Shown one piece after another: positions 24,751-38,379 of a DNA stretch of 64,000 bases. Origin of the DNA: Zootoca vivipara (taxonomy: Eukaryota). Below the pieces are notes generated by a model, which did no database searches, had not been told where the DNA came from, and saw only the letters and a list, made by a program, of their open reading frames with translations. Position numbers and translations under genes: made by a program. The DNA is taken from contig NC_083281.1 of NCBI RefSeq assembly GCF_963506605.1, positions 42,966,001 to 43,030,000 of the forward strand, in the 5' to 3' direction. How positions within the stretch are numbered: the first letter of the stretch is position 1; every line of letters starts with the position of its first letter.

Positions 24751-25576
24751 TCTGAGTTCTGGGGAAAGAGAGCAGACACTCATTGTGAGGCCCTGATGGA
24801 GCCCCCTGACCTTCAAGCCTTTCCCTCTGTAATGCTCCCACATCTCCTAGGCGACCTTGAGTGTGTGTGTAGTATTGCATGATCTCCAAACTCAGGACCC
24901 GCAGAACACAGCTGACTTCCCGTAGTAGCATAAGGTTGGCATGTCTCTCTAATTTTGTGTTATGTGCCTCCCTGCCAACAGCTATTTCTGAATGGCACCT
25001 ATAGTACTCACTCAAAATTCAAAATGTGTGCACTGGTCCTAAAACGGTGACCCCTGCTCTAGGAGCAAAGGTGATTCCTCGAGCAGTGTTAGAAACTCAG
25101 ATATATAAGCTAGGTGCCAAATGGCTCTTTAAACCAAGGTTACAGTCACCAAAATGGAATGTCTAGTTGCCATTTTGGGGTAAAATGTCTCTAAAGTCTT
25201 AATTTTCAAACAATGGACTGACTGAGATTGATTCTCATTTAAACATCTGGCTAGTTCAGATGACAACCTTGAGCTAGGTTAAGAATTTTGAGTACTTAAA
25301 GAAGAAAAGCCACTTGATCCAGAGACCGTCCATGTAAATATTGGTCTATTCCAACCTTTTTCTTAATAGTGACTGCTCCTGATCAAGCTGCACAGAAAAA
25401 CATTTTGGTTCCAGAAATTCATTCTAATTGTGCCTATAAAAAAGTGATAGAATTCTACAGAATGGGGGGTATTAGTGTGTGAAAACAGTCCAGATACACT
25501 GATCCCCAGATGATGGAGATGTCAGGCACCATCCTAGCATCTAGGCAGCTTCACTTGGTCGCAAGTGCTCCATAAA

Positions 25577-25650
25577 AAGGTAAAGGGACCCCTGACAATT
25601 AAGTCCAGTCGCTAATAACTCTGGGGTTGCAACACTCATCTTGCTTTAAA
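25577..25650 (-). mobile_element. 5'-truncated Sauria SINE tail
   Basis: AAGGTAAAGGGACCCCTGAC..TTAAGTCCAGTCG, similar to the 10417 copy. Confidence 0.7.
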
Positions 25651-28499
25651 GGTGCAAAGTGCGACTGGTGCCTGGCTAATTCTAAACACTGCCCTCGAGT
25701 CAATAAATGCAACACTCTCCTACTTTATTTCATCCCTGCCAGGGACAGCCCCTGGGAAAAGATGGCTGTGCTACCCTCTTTATTCCCTTGTGCTTTTGCC
25801 ATGCACTCACAGCCACCAGATAATGCCAACTCTGGGCAAAGGTTGCAGATGAAACATACAGGCAAACCAAAGGCTAAGAGAAATTAAATGTGCCCAGGAC
25901 CAGACATCAGATTTCCCCCATTTGGCCTCAAGTGATCCACAGACAAAACAAGCTCAGCTGCAGCAGCAGCTGCCACAGCCTTGTTATATAGGACTGTCGC
26001 TTTGTCAATCACAGCCAAAATCCAAGCACATTTGCACTTTTCATACAAGAACAGAAAAGCACCAATCATGTGAGCACCGCCTCTTAGGTTGAGTCAAATA
26101 GGATGAGATGTAAAAAGGCCCACGTGCTCCCGTTATGAACCAGCAGTGGCCACAAACTGAAACAGTGGGAGTGAGGCTGCCCACGTTGCAGCTTCTGGAG
26201 CCAAGAGCCCAAGGAATGGCGGCTGAATTGAAAGCACATTCACCATCCTTAAGAGGCATCACCCTACACACGTCCAGGAAAATAGGGCTGAGGGTGGTCT
26301 TTGGAAACACAAGAGGGATTTCAAAATGAGGACTGTGAACCTGCTCGGTCCCCGGCGCACAGGACCACCACCCAAGGCTGAAGCAACTGAGCATAATGTG
26401 ACATGATGGGGAAATACGAGAGAGGTTCCCACGCTGCTGAAGTTGACAGGCACGCAGAGGAGATGAGTCACTTCTCCCTGGAGACTCCTGGCGGGCACCA
26501 TTTGTCATCAAACTTGAAATGTCAGCTGTTGCTGCAGCCTTGCCAGGACAGAGAGCCGCCCAGGTGGCAAGGGGCCAAGGGGATCTCCCAGCAGTGGTTT
26601 ATGTTCTATGAAAAGAGGAACAAAGGGAGCCCATGGGGGAATCTGGCCGGGATCCCCCTCGGGCTTCTCACCCTGTGAAAGTTCACTGATAAAACAAATA
26701 CACAGAAGCTATGGTGAAACTGTGGGCCCAGCCAACCCACCAAGAGCTGCTGTCACCTGCCTTCAGCTGATACTTGGTGGCAGAGATTATGGGAGAAGAA
26801 GATCTGTTTGTTCATGTGGAGAATAGGCAGAGGGGCACTGCCTTATTATGGTCAAAGGGGAGAATGCGTGATACCAAAAGAGCCACCGAAAATCTCACAA
26901 CACATTCCCATTCGCCTCTCTGAGTTTACTTGGTACACAAGAACATGTCTCCCTGGCCAGCTTTGCCTGCCCATCTCTTCCAGTCTGAGAATCATAAACT
27001 CAACAGCAAAGACTCCATAGAGCACCAGCCAATGCAGGAGAGCTCGGAGCAGCAACGTATGTCAGATCACCCAAACACAGGACAGAATTCAGCAACCTGG
27101 AAAAGCTAAACTATTTTTTTTTAAAATACGAAGCTATTTTTTCCACTCACAACAATCCACGAGGAAATCTATGTCCGGTAAAGGCATTCAAAGTTTTTTT
27201 TTTTTTTTTGGAGGGGTGGGTGGGTTTAGAGCTAAGCAGTCACTGCTACTGCCTGAGGTTTGAGCTGCAACCATCGGCAGAGACAGAGGAAAATATGTAA
27301 CTGGCAGAATTTATCCAGGTTGCAGGACACAGCTTTTCTAGGTGCCAAAATGCAGGTATTGTGATGCCAAAAGCACAAGCACGTGGCTGGGAAAGGCAGC
27401 AAATGCTGCAGCCTGATTCAAAGCCAGCTGTTCTCTGCACTTTAGCCTCCAGCTTTGGATCTGGCTGCCTCCAAAGAGCAAAAGTAAACATCTGCTTCAT
27501 TCCACTTTGCGTGGCCTGCAAGGAGCAGCCAGCCAAGCACAGCGCCTTCTGCAACTGAACCATAGCCCACCCTCTGGCTGCCTCCTCTTGGCTTCCAAAA
27601 TCTGCAACACAACTGGCCTGCAAGTTCTGCACAAGGAAACCCCGTTTCAGAGATGCTGAAGATGCCACAAAGCCCAGCTATTCAGGGTGATGGCAAAGCC
27701 ACACAAGGAGAACTGTGTTTTTAGCCCTCAAAGCTATCAGGGTGTCCGTACAGTAGTTGCTATTAGGGAGAAGAGAGGCAGCATCGCAGATAAAGCACTG
27801 CAGGGACAGAGTGAGGAGTTTAACTCCCATCCTCCTTAATTATTGGCTGAGGCTGATGTGGGCAGGAATACAACAACAACTGGAGGTCCACAGGTTCCCC
27901 ATCCCTAAACAATTCCTGGAGAAAAAAATGTGCCTAGGAATGAGGAGACACGCGTGCAGTCCCACCCAATAAATATTGATGCATCCTTAGAAGGAAATAT
28001 TTCCTAATAAAGAGAGGAGCATGGCAAGAGTGGTTCTTGATGGCAATGCCATCTGCTGCAGGGGAAGTAAGCAAACGGATATGGGATACAGAAGACGACC
28101 TGGTGCGGATGTAAATCTAAACCAAAGTTTTGCATTACGAGCAGGCATTGCAGCCAGCCCCTCCCCTCCCCTGCCTTTGGTACAGAGAAGCAGCAGGGAG
28201 TTTGGCTTGCATTTTACATTAAGCATAGCTTTCTGTGCTGCCTGAACCCCAACAAACTGTGGTTAGCCTTAACAACCGTCAATGGGGAAAAGGCAGCTTA
28301 AAGCCACAGTTTATGAAACTAGCTTGTTTCAACTAACTATGGAATTCAGAGGATTAAAATGGAAGTGGAAATTTCCAATATCCTTCTGGCAGCTGTAGTG
28401 GAGATGCGGTGCATGCTGGCGAGCGCCCTGAGATGCTAGGGATTGTGCATGGGACCGTCAACATACAGAAGATGCACAAAGTTGAGGCAGGCTTAAAAA

Positions 28500-28526
28500 T
28501 AAGTAAGTAAGTAAGTAAGTAAGTAT
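28500..28526. repeat. (TAAG)n microsatellite
   Basis: Read directly from the sequence. Confidence 0.9.
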
Positions 28527-29509
28527 TTTTAAAAAGCTCTCTTGGATAGGCAGTGAGCCAATGTGAATCTGTCATGGACCAGGAAACTCTTGTCTAATGG
28601 CCTTCACCATCCAGATGACCAAAGGTGCAGAAGTTATTTAAAAGACTTAAGCAGGCTTCACCAAGCCCACTCAGGGAGCATAAAAGAGGTTGGGGCTAAT
28701 GAGAAGTTGTAGTCCAAAACATTTGGAGGGCACCAGGTGGGTGAAAGTTGGTCTTAGGTGACATCATCTGGCTTTTTGGTGCCAGCAGTATGTTTTTAGG
28801 CCAATTTCAGTATTTTGACTTTCTAGGCACCAGAATCAAATACGGTACCTATCATCAGGTGTCTGGATTTTTCCAGCCCTGAACAAAGGCTGATGCAGCT
28901 GGAAAACAGAAGAACTGGGGACTTTGGAAAACTAGAGATTAGAGCCCCACTCAGGCCATTGTTTAAGCATGGTTACCACATGACAAACACAGTAGCTGTG
29001 CCCCTGGCTTGTTTTCATCACCTTCCACAAATTGAAGAGAAGCTGTCTGTAGCAGGAAACCTCATCTCTGCACATTTTGGAACACTAGTGGAAAGCATTG
29101 AAAATTGGGGTGGGGTGGGAAGAGCTAGCACGCTCCCCACAAGCTTCTCACGTGCCAAGTTACATGCTTAAATAGCAGCTGAACAGGGCTCAAGATGCGC
29201 CATCAACTACCTCTGCCATCATGACAACTCATCATCCTACAGGCCCCATACCCATCGATTCATAAAACCAGCCCAGTAGGAACAAGCAGAGGGGAGGGAA
29301 GGGGTAAGAGGAAAGGCAGGGCCCAACACGAACGAGGTTGGCCTTACTCAAGTGCCGCCTGTGCCATACATCGCACAACTACCTCTCCGGCGCTTAGGAA
29401 GTTATGTCTCTTCTCTGGTGTTCCAGAAATGGTGGGGACAGACTGGCAGGACCAGAAGATCTGCTCTGGATTAAAAGTTCTATCCAAGGTGGTCTCGCGG
29501 AATGATAGA

Positions 29510-29805
29510 ATTGTAGCGTTGGGAGAAACTAAGGGTCATCTAAGTCCAGCCCCCTGCAATGCAGGAATCACAGTTAAAGAATCCCTGGCAGATGGCCACA
29601 CAACCTCTACTTTAAAAACTCCACCAACTTCTGTGGGAGTCTGTTCCACAGCTCTTACCATCAGAAAGTTCTTCCTGCTGTTTAGTCGGAATCTCCTTTC
29701 TTGTAATTTGTATCTGTTGATGCGGGTCATAACCTCTGGAGCAACAGTTTGCTCCATCTTCCATGTGGCAGCCCTTCAGATATTTGAAGATGGCTATCTC
29801 CATGT
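29510..29805 (-). mobile_element. CR1 3' fragment
   Basis: Minus-strand ORFs YKLQERRFRLNSRKNFLMVRAV and IFKYLKGCHMEDG. Confidence 0.8.
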
Positions 29806-32800
29806 ATGATAGGAAATCTCTGGTGAGACCTTCTCTTTACCAGCTGGGCAGGTGGAGTAGCTTGCAGATTTTGGAGTATTCATATTCACAAGATAGGACC
29901 TGGAAGATTTCAGGGCTGTGATGAAACTCTCTGGTTGTCACCAGTCAGGACAGACCAGTGAAGGCCTGGTTTGCTTACCACTATGCACAGACATCTTATG
30001 AAGGATGAGTATCAAGAGGTGGAAATGACAGGGAAGAAGATTTCAGCTAAACATCATGAGGAACGCCCCAGCGGTAATATTACCTTGGGCAGAGATGGGC
30101 TCCTCTGTTGGAGTTGTTTAAGGCAAGCAGAGACTGCCAGTTGTCTGCCTGGGAAGCTGTATCTGCTGTAAAGGGGATTGGGCTAAGTGACCCCCTAGTC
30201 CCCTTCTAATCCTATGCAAGAGAACCCTGAGTGGCATGTAAGAATATATCCTCTCCACTCACATGCAAACATACAGGTATATCTTGTTCAGTTCTCTACA
30301 TCTCATCAGTCTAACCTGCGCCTACAGTTGGGAGATACTCTGGTACCTAAAAGTATCACAACATTCCAATGCCTCTGCACTGCAATGATACTTTCCTAGC
30401 CCTGATAATCACTGCATGCTGCCACAGAGCACCCGAAACACAGAACAGGATTACGTATCTGCAACTGCGTATACGTTTCTTAGCAAAGTCCTGCTCACTG
30501 TTTGGTAGCTCTCACCGCCAATGGAACTCCAGCTTGATGCCCCATTATGCCACTGAAAATACACCCCCAAAGTGTTCTTTGGTGACTAATAAAAAATGGG
30601 ATTAGCAAACAGGTCTCCCTTTCAGCCTTTTGTCACAACGACACTATCAACCATAACTCAGCTGCAGGAACGTGCAGTTTTTGCATGTTGCGTTGCCACA
30701 TAACTGCTGACCCCAAAGGTGATAAAGATATTTAAACAGGAGGTTTGATCCCTGATGACACAAATATTAATTACCTTACTGGTGAACCCATGCAAGGAAA
30801 ATGCCAACCTCTGGTTGCCCCTGTCTGACCAATCCAATATGTACTTTGATCAGATCCCATTCACTGATAGGCTAAAGGCTGTGATAAGAAGGTTCGTCAG
30901 AGGGCAAAGACTTTTCCCTCAGTCAAAATCTCAAAGGAACTCACCTGGGTAAAAAGCAAAAAGTTGTATGCATGCTGACATACTCATTACACAGAGACAC
31001 AAAAAACTCTGTGCAAAGTAAAGTTCTTCCTCAGTAGTGATGCTGGGTAGGAAATTTTCCACTGTTAATTTTTTCGATGGAAAATGTTCCACTTTTAGAA
31101 ATGCATTGCTTCATAAGATTGGTAATATAAGGAACAGACACAACTCAGATTGGGCAACTGGGACAGATACAATACCACCTAAAACCAATGTTTTAATTTT
31201 ATGATATTTAGGTGACTATACTTAGGAAGCACATATATTTATGCACAGAGCTCTTCAGACATTCTAAAATGAGTACTATACCGAATGTTAACAGTCCTCA
31301 GAGCCTTCATTTCCCCTTCATGCTGCAATCCTAAACACACTTTATAAAAAGTAAATTCCACTGTGTTCCACTGTGGGACTCACAGTGGGACTCGCTTCTG
31401 CAAAAAAGCAGACCTAGGACAGTGCTGTTAAAATCCAATGATTTGTGGGAAGCATATGCTACTGAGCTGTCAGGTCTTAATGTATTTCTGCGTACAGTAT
31501 GTCAATAAAAATATTTTCCAAGTAAAGTTTTGATTCCCCCCCCCCAACTATGACACTTAAGCCATGCTAACAGCACTTTATTGGTCTCCCCCAACCCAAA
31601 ATTTCTGCTCACCGACTTGGGCTACTGGGGTGGGGGGAGAAGGAAACTTACAGCTCAAAAAAGGAACATGATAGGTGAATAAACAAGACAAACAAACAAA
31701 ACTTCAAGACTGTAATTCTAACCCCACTTACCTGGGAGTAAGCCCCAGCAGACATTGTTAGAATTGCAGTATTAGGCAAACAAACATGCTAAATCAGATT
31801 TCCATAGATTTAGAGCAGCTGGGAGGGGGAGAAATAAATGTATTTTTTCCAGAAAATTTGCAGAATGTCTCCCCAAAATAATATTTACGCATGCCCCAGT
31901 TGTTGTTCAAAGGCAAAAACTCTGTTTTCCTTGGGACATCAGCAACCCAGTGGGCCGTTTGCTGGTCAAACTTATTTTAGCGCCGTTCACTAGCCGAAGG
32001 TATGCCAGCTATGTGGGTTTGGCAAGTTTAGCTCAGAGCAAGCCACAAAGCTTGCCCACATTTGGTCATACGGATAAGGAGATTGGGGCGAGTGGAGGAA
32101 GGCCATGGCACTCGAGAATAGTAAGCCAGCCTGGTCATGATACCTAACAGCTGCACTCTTCCAAAACCTTCAGCCCCTGAGCCAGAAGCCAGTTTTAAAT
32201 GGGCACTTCAACCAATAAGAGTTTGAAAGGGAGGGAAGGCCTTCTTTTCAGAAGTCCCTTGTTGTTTTATTTATAACTTGCCTTTCGATTGAATTCGTCT
32301 CAAGATGACTTACAAAAGATTCCAACAGCAAGCACAACCCCCCAAACAGCCCTTGGCCTCTTGGTTGAAGGATGGGGCCAGGAAACGTTTCCTTTCCGCT
32401 CTGTAGCCTCATGTGGAACTTTAGAGGAGAAACTCACTGAAAAACCAATCCTCAGAGAAAAACGTGGTCTCTGTGGGCCAGATGACAGGCAGAAAGCAAT
32501 GTGGAAGACCCAGGCATATGGAGCAAACAGACCTTTCCAAGCACGAGTGAGGGGACACAACTGCTTGTCCATGACAAAGGACCCCAGGCCCGGAAAAAAG
32601 GGGGTCTGAAGTTATGTGAAGTTAAATTGTTCCGGGCCCAACTTGTGCACCTAGATTTCCTTAGCTTTGCTACTTGGGGATTCCTGAAGAACAGATACAT
32701 CAAGGGTTCCCAAAATGTGGTCTGTGGACCACCAGTGATCTCTGAGCCCTGTCAGGTGGTCTGAGGTGCGCCTGTGGATTTGTGGCTGAAAACAGGATAG

Positions 32801-34846
32801 TGGCAATCCATCACATTCAATATTCTTATTTGTTTTTAATCGTATTTGCATTGCTTATTTCTTACGCTGTGTTTTACTATCTTAAAATTTGAATTCAAAT
32901 TGCAATACAATAAAACCCAAATATGAGAAGTAAAAGAAGCAATGCAAAAAAACCAAAAACCCAGTGTCTAGCACAGCATATTACAATTACTACAATAGGC
33001 AGAAACATCACGTGGTCCGCCAAGACCTGCATCACTTTTCAAGTGGTCTGTGGGGTGGGGGTGGGGAACCACAGGAGGCATTGATTAATCTGGTTGCTGC
33101 CTCTCCTAGAGCAAATTAATTGCAGCCCAAACAGAACCACTGACCTGTGCACACCCGTCCTGGGTCAGGCACCTGTTTCAAGAAGGACAGGTTTCTGTGC
33201 TATCAGTCACCAAAGTTTCTCATTGAGGAGCTATAATTATTGTTATTATTAAGAAAATGTATTTGTCCCTTTTTCTTGCTACTAGAAACTCAAAGTGATT
33301 TACAAAAACAAAACAAAACAAAAATCACATGCATACAATTAAAACAAAGGAGAAAATATATTAACACACACAACTTTAAGAGGCCATAGATCATTAACAG
33401 AGGAATGTTTTTGGGTGGCACCTAAAGATATGAAACCATGGTGCCAGGTGAGCCTCCCTGGGGAGAGCATTCCACAAGCGGAGCCAACACAGAAAAGGCC
33501 TGGACCCCCTGTGGAGCTAATGCACTGAAATAGAAGTACACCAGCTATGCTTGTCATGTCCGTGGGGGAGAACCACAGCTCAATGCCAGAGTCCATGCTT
33601 TGCATGCAAGTCCCAGGTTCAATCTTTAGTTAGCACCTTCGATTAGAAGGCTACCGTAGGAAGGAAAGAAACCACAGAGCTGCATGCCAGATGGAACAAC
33701 CAACATGGTGCCCTCCAGATATTGTGGGACTATAACCCCCATCATACTGGACTACTGGCTGTGCTAGCTGGGGCCGATACGAGCTTGAGCCCAACACCAT
33801 CTGGAGGTCTCCACATTCCTTGTCATCAGACTAGACAGTAGTAGGCTTGATGAGCCAGCATAAAGCAGCTTCATCTATCTAAACAGATCAGAAGACCAAC
33901 AGCCATTGGCAAAAACACTGCATTTATTTGAAAAATGATACCCATGACAAATGTGAACCAGCCTTGGAAAAATATCTTGCTATATGGATTTAGAGATCAA
34001 AATCAAATATATGTGCATGTGTGCAAACGCACACTTTGACTCTGTTACTTTGGGCTCTGATTGATTGTATTTTACAGAGAAGGGTTGCCTGGTGCCATCA
34101 CTACAAATCTTCCTGTGACAGGCAAAAGCATTCCTTTTTATCCAGGCCTTTGGCTTCTAATTATCTATGGCTTTTTGCACGGGTGGGGCTAATGTAGAGA
34201 TTTTTCTTTGCTGGTTTTAACCTGTGTTTTTGTTTTTTTGCTTAAAATGTTCTAAGTCATTTTGAGTTGCTGTGGCAAAAAAAAAGCAACTAACAAATTT
34301 AATAAACAATAATGCTTCTACAGCTTTTTACTTTTGGGATGTAGCGCTGCAATCAGGGCTAGAATCATGTTAAAAAGGAAGACCAGAACGCTCAGAATGC
34401 CACATAGACCCCACAAAAGCACATCAGGTTAAGTGCTATGCAGCCTGCCCGTGAACTAACACATAACCAGAAGCAAACCACAGGATGTATTTACATGGCC
34501 TGCCTTTCATTTTCTCATTCTCATTCATGCACATGAAGACACAGGAAGCCAAGTTTTTCATCTCTGACAGCTAAGATTTTAGCTCTATACCTGACTAACT
34601 CCTCCGTAACGACCTCAAGCACACGATATCAGATGTATTCATTATGCCCATAAATCAGCTCCTCTCACTGCCTGCCCCCCAGCTTCCCATCAGAATTACA
34701 GAGCATATCCAAGTGTCATAGAAGCTATCAGAAATCAGAGAGTTTTTTTAAAAAAAAAGTTGTCAAGATTTATAAGCTACACAGATTCTGTGTATGGTGA
34801 CCGGAATGCCAATGATTTCTACAGATCACCACCATGGGTATCATTA

Positions 34847-35142
34847 CAGTGGTACCTCGACTTCCGAATGACTCGACAACCGAATTTTTCGACTTGCGAA
34901 TGGGGCAAATGGCCGCATGCTTACGAATTTCTCAACATCCAAACGGAAACTGCAGCGGTTTTAGATAGGTTTTTTTTTACTTACGAATTTTTAGATGGGG
35001 TTGCTTCGACTTACGAATTGTTCTGTTTCCAATGCATTCCTATGGGAAATTGCGTTTCCAATGGCGCTTTTCGACTTACGAATTTTTCAAACTACGAAGG
35101 TGCCTTCGGAACGGATTAAATTCGTAAGTCAAGGCACCACTG
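34847..35142. mobile_element. Tc1/mariner (Tigger-like) MITE
   Basis: TA-CAGTGGTACCTCGACTT ... AAGTCAAGGCACCACTG-TA; internal (ACTTACGAA) repeats. Confidence 0.85.
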
Positions 35143-37945
35143 TACCTGACTTTCCTACAATGCTATGGCTGGGTCTGCAAGCCAGCAGACACAACCGTGC
35201 TACTACCTGCAAAGAGGACTGTAAAATGAAGCCTAGTCTCTCAACCTTTCTCTCCATCTGAAGTGGTGGATTGCACCTTACTATAAAACCACACCTTAAG
35301 TTGCAGCATTATCAACGTGACAAGAAAAAGGAAGAACTGAGCAGAGAAGCAGCTCAGAGAAGCTTCAGGTTGAAAAGGGAAGAGTGTGTGGTCCTCACAA
35401 TGAGAGCAAGCTCTGAACTCTGGGCCTGTTCTATAAGGCAAGCTTGTCCAAAATCACACAATGGAATCGGAGGCAAAGTATGCCTACAGAGGAGAAAGGC
35501 TTACTCTATTTGTGCTCAATATGTATATTTGCAATTAAAAACAAATGTTACAAGGAGAGAAAGAGAGAGATCAGAAGACCTAAGAAGACATAGTTCTCCA
35601 CATGCTGAAGACCTGTGAAAAAGCTACACAGTGACCCTCTGGGGCTGGAAAGCTTTTTCAAGTCCTAGGTCAAAGATATCTCAAGTTCTTGGACATGAGC
35701 ATCAAATTGCCATATATTCCCCCAAAAAATCTTATTCGAGTAGCTGCTAGTAGAATTCCTATAGCTTTCTCTCATTAAGGGAACTTGCTTACATAGACTT
35801 CTGGAGACAGAGACAGAGCAGAGGTGAGGGTTACACCCCTGCTCCAGCTACTGATGACACCAGAGTCAGAGGACTGGGAAAACTTTGTCCCACCTCAACA
35901 TTTTAGCCAGCGGCAGACCTGTGAACTTCCCCCACAGCTGTCAAGTGGAGCCACAGCAGAAAGCAAGGAGCTGTTAAGGTGCCAAAGCGCTGCACCATCT
36001 TTTTCTGCATCATGGAACACAAGTGCCATTATTCTCATTTGAGAGGAGCAAGTATAGTGGAAGCCCCCCCCCAATATCTCATCTCCTACAATGGCCACTG
36101 CCAATCTTTTTTTCCTTCATACTCAGCTCCCACATAAGCCACATTGAGATAGTAGCTGTAGCTAATCATGTTTAGATAATGATGGTGAAGTGCTTCAAAA
36201 ACTCTATAGCACTGTAGCCATGCTCACTAATAAGCAGAGATAATGGTTTGCAATGGCAGAGGTGGGCATAGCCAGGTTCCCGCCAGATCCAACGATAGTC
36301 GTCCCTGAACGCTGACCACATTGAGTGGGGCTGATGGGAGCTGTAATCCAATAGCATCCAGAGGGTACCACAAAGACTATCCTGATCTGTGGTACCACGC
36401 TTTCTCAGGGGGCAAAAAGCAAATTCTCCTGATAGAACTTTTATACACAAAACAAGTTGCCTGTTTTGCAGGGTGAAGGCTGCCTGAGCCCTCATATTTC
36501 TCTTCACTCTGCAAAGGAGCCCACCTGTCATTCCCGAACAAGGATTATTTTCATCCCTACTTCAACCCCCTGAAAAAGTGCTCTTTTGACTGCATGTGGG
36601 CTGCCAGCCACTCCTGGGCCAAGAGTCCTTCCTTCCTGCCCAGCACTCAGCACCACCACAGGAAAGCCCTCATGGGTTGCAGCCTTTCCTTGATCTATCA
36701 TCCCCATCCAGAGAAACCAGCAAAGCCAAGCACAGATCTCTAGAGCAGGAAGGGATGGCAGTGTGGGAAATTATGGCATGCTGCAGCAGCCCTACAAGGG
36801 GCCAGGTAGAGAAGCTGAAGCAGCGCACATGCCGGAAACAAAGCAAGGGAGTGGAGGGAGTCTCAGCTGGGGGCAGGCAGGGAAAGAGAGAAAAGAGGGC
36901 TTGAACGCCCCCCCCATTTTTCTGATTGCAACAGCATTAAATGGACATGAGACCAAAGCAGCCAGCAGGGTGTGTATGAAGAGAGATGCAAGAGAACAAG
37001 ATGAAAGGATCAAAGTAGAGGGGCAACATCAGTGAGCAGGGGGCCGGTTTCTGAAAGGGAGGAGTAGGCCAGACTGCAGACGAGGGCAAACCTGAGGGTG
37101 AGGGAGAGAAGCAGCCATGGCCAAAGCAATTCTGTCCTCGCCCTGCAAGGAACAGAGGGAGAGTCTTCAAGCGTTTCTTCTTGTGGCGGCGGCGGCGGCG
37201 GCGGGGGGGGGGGACCTCCATGCCGGTGATGAGCGATTGATTTCCGCCACGGAGGTGTTCAGGGGGTTGTCTCCGCAAACCCGTATCCCAGTGAGAGGCC
37301 GGAGATGGGGAAGGAGGGGCGTGGTGGCTTACCGACCAAAAAGCTTGCAAAGGGGCACGTTGGTCCCCCCTCCCCGATTCCCCGTCCCTCTCTCCGCCGC
37401 CCTAAACACCGTATGCCAGGTCTACTAACCCCCTCGGCTCCGCGCCGCCTGCAGTCCTACGTGCCCTAAGCAGCCTTCCTGGGAAGGCCACCCCGTGGAG
37501 CTCAGTGAAGCTTACTCCCAAGAAAGCCTGTGCGCCAACTGCAACGGGAGTCCAAGGAGTACGTAGAGGGCTGGGCTGCTGTGGCTGGCCCTTGAACGAG
37601 AGGCGAAGCTCCCGCCGCGGGAGGACGGGGAGGGCTCATCTACAGGACGCCGATTTGTCAGCCAGACCCTCTGCCAGGAGACTCCATTCCATTCCCTACT
37701 GGGCTGCCGCGGCTGAGCCATTCATAAGAGCGAAAGCTGCTGCCGTAGGGGAGGAGGAGGAGAGGCTGCGGGAAGGGCTCCTGCTCAGGACACCAGCTGG
37801 TCAGCCAGCCAGCCATGCCCTCTGCCAGCAGACTCCACTCCAACCTTACCTACCCTTCTTCACCCCCGCCCCGGGAAAGAGAGGGTTTCGCGCGCACCGC
37901 GGTGGGGGTAGGTGGGCAGGCAGGGGGCGGCCTGCCCCTTCTTAC

Positions 37946-38170
37946 CCATCGCCGCCGCCTCCGGGCCCGGCCCCGCCGGCCACCGTCCACTTCTCGCCTG
38001 TCCCAGTCAACTCGGGCTCTTCGACTCCGCCACCTGACAACGGACGTGACGCGACGCTGCCGTCATCGCCAACGCCGGTCACGCCCCCGCAGACAGCCGC
38101 CGCCGCCGCCATCTTCTTCCCCGGAGCCTCTGCCTGTGTCAAAGATGGCGCCGGCAGAAGCAAGGCCGGG
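37946..38170 (-). other. STK40: STK40 exon 1 (mostly 5'UTR) in CpG island; TSS approximate
   Basis: CpG/GC-rich island; strong donor ATGG|gtaag at 37946/37945; splices cleanly to the exon 2 acceptor at 24758. Confidence 0.75.
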
Positions 38171-38199
38171 CGGAAGAGAGGAAGGGGGGAAGTAGGCGG

Positions 38200-38340
38200 G
38201 GAGTGCCGGTACAGGATTGGTGAGCTCGAGAGGCCCGCACCCCTCCCTTCGGTGCGAAATCAGCCCCGCCCCTCACCTACTCGAGGGCGAATGAAAGGCC
38301 GGCGCAAGGTATGATTGGCAGGCTCCGGCTGACGTCACTT
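38200..38340 (-). promoter_or_regulatory. STK40 proximal promoter: two CCAAT boxes (38216-38220, 38314-38318), GC box (~38264-38271), full CRE TGACGTCA (38330-38337); YY1-like AAGATGGCG motifs on both strands at ~38104-38150
   Basis: Motifs read directly at the edge of the CpG island. Confidence 0.65.
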
Positions 38341-38379
38341 TAAATGCCAGATGGACTATATCAATCATTCTGTATTACA

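Noticed and set aside
34860-35130. Regularly recurring (G)ACTTACGAA motifs resembling a CRISPR-like array
   Set aside because: Internal subrepeats of a TIR-bounded mariner-type MITE in a vertebrate genome; irregular spacing and no cas genes
37505-38314. 269-aa plus-strand ORF
   Set aside because: CpG-island artefact antisense to STK40 exon 1
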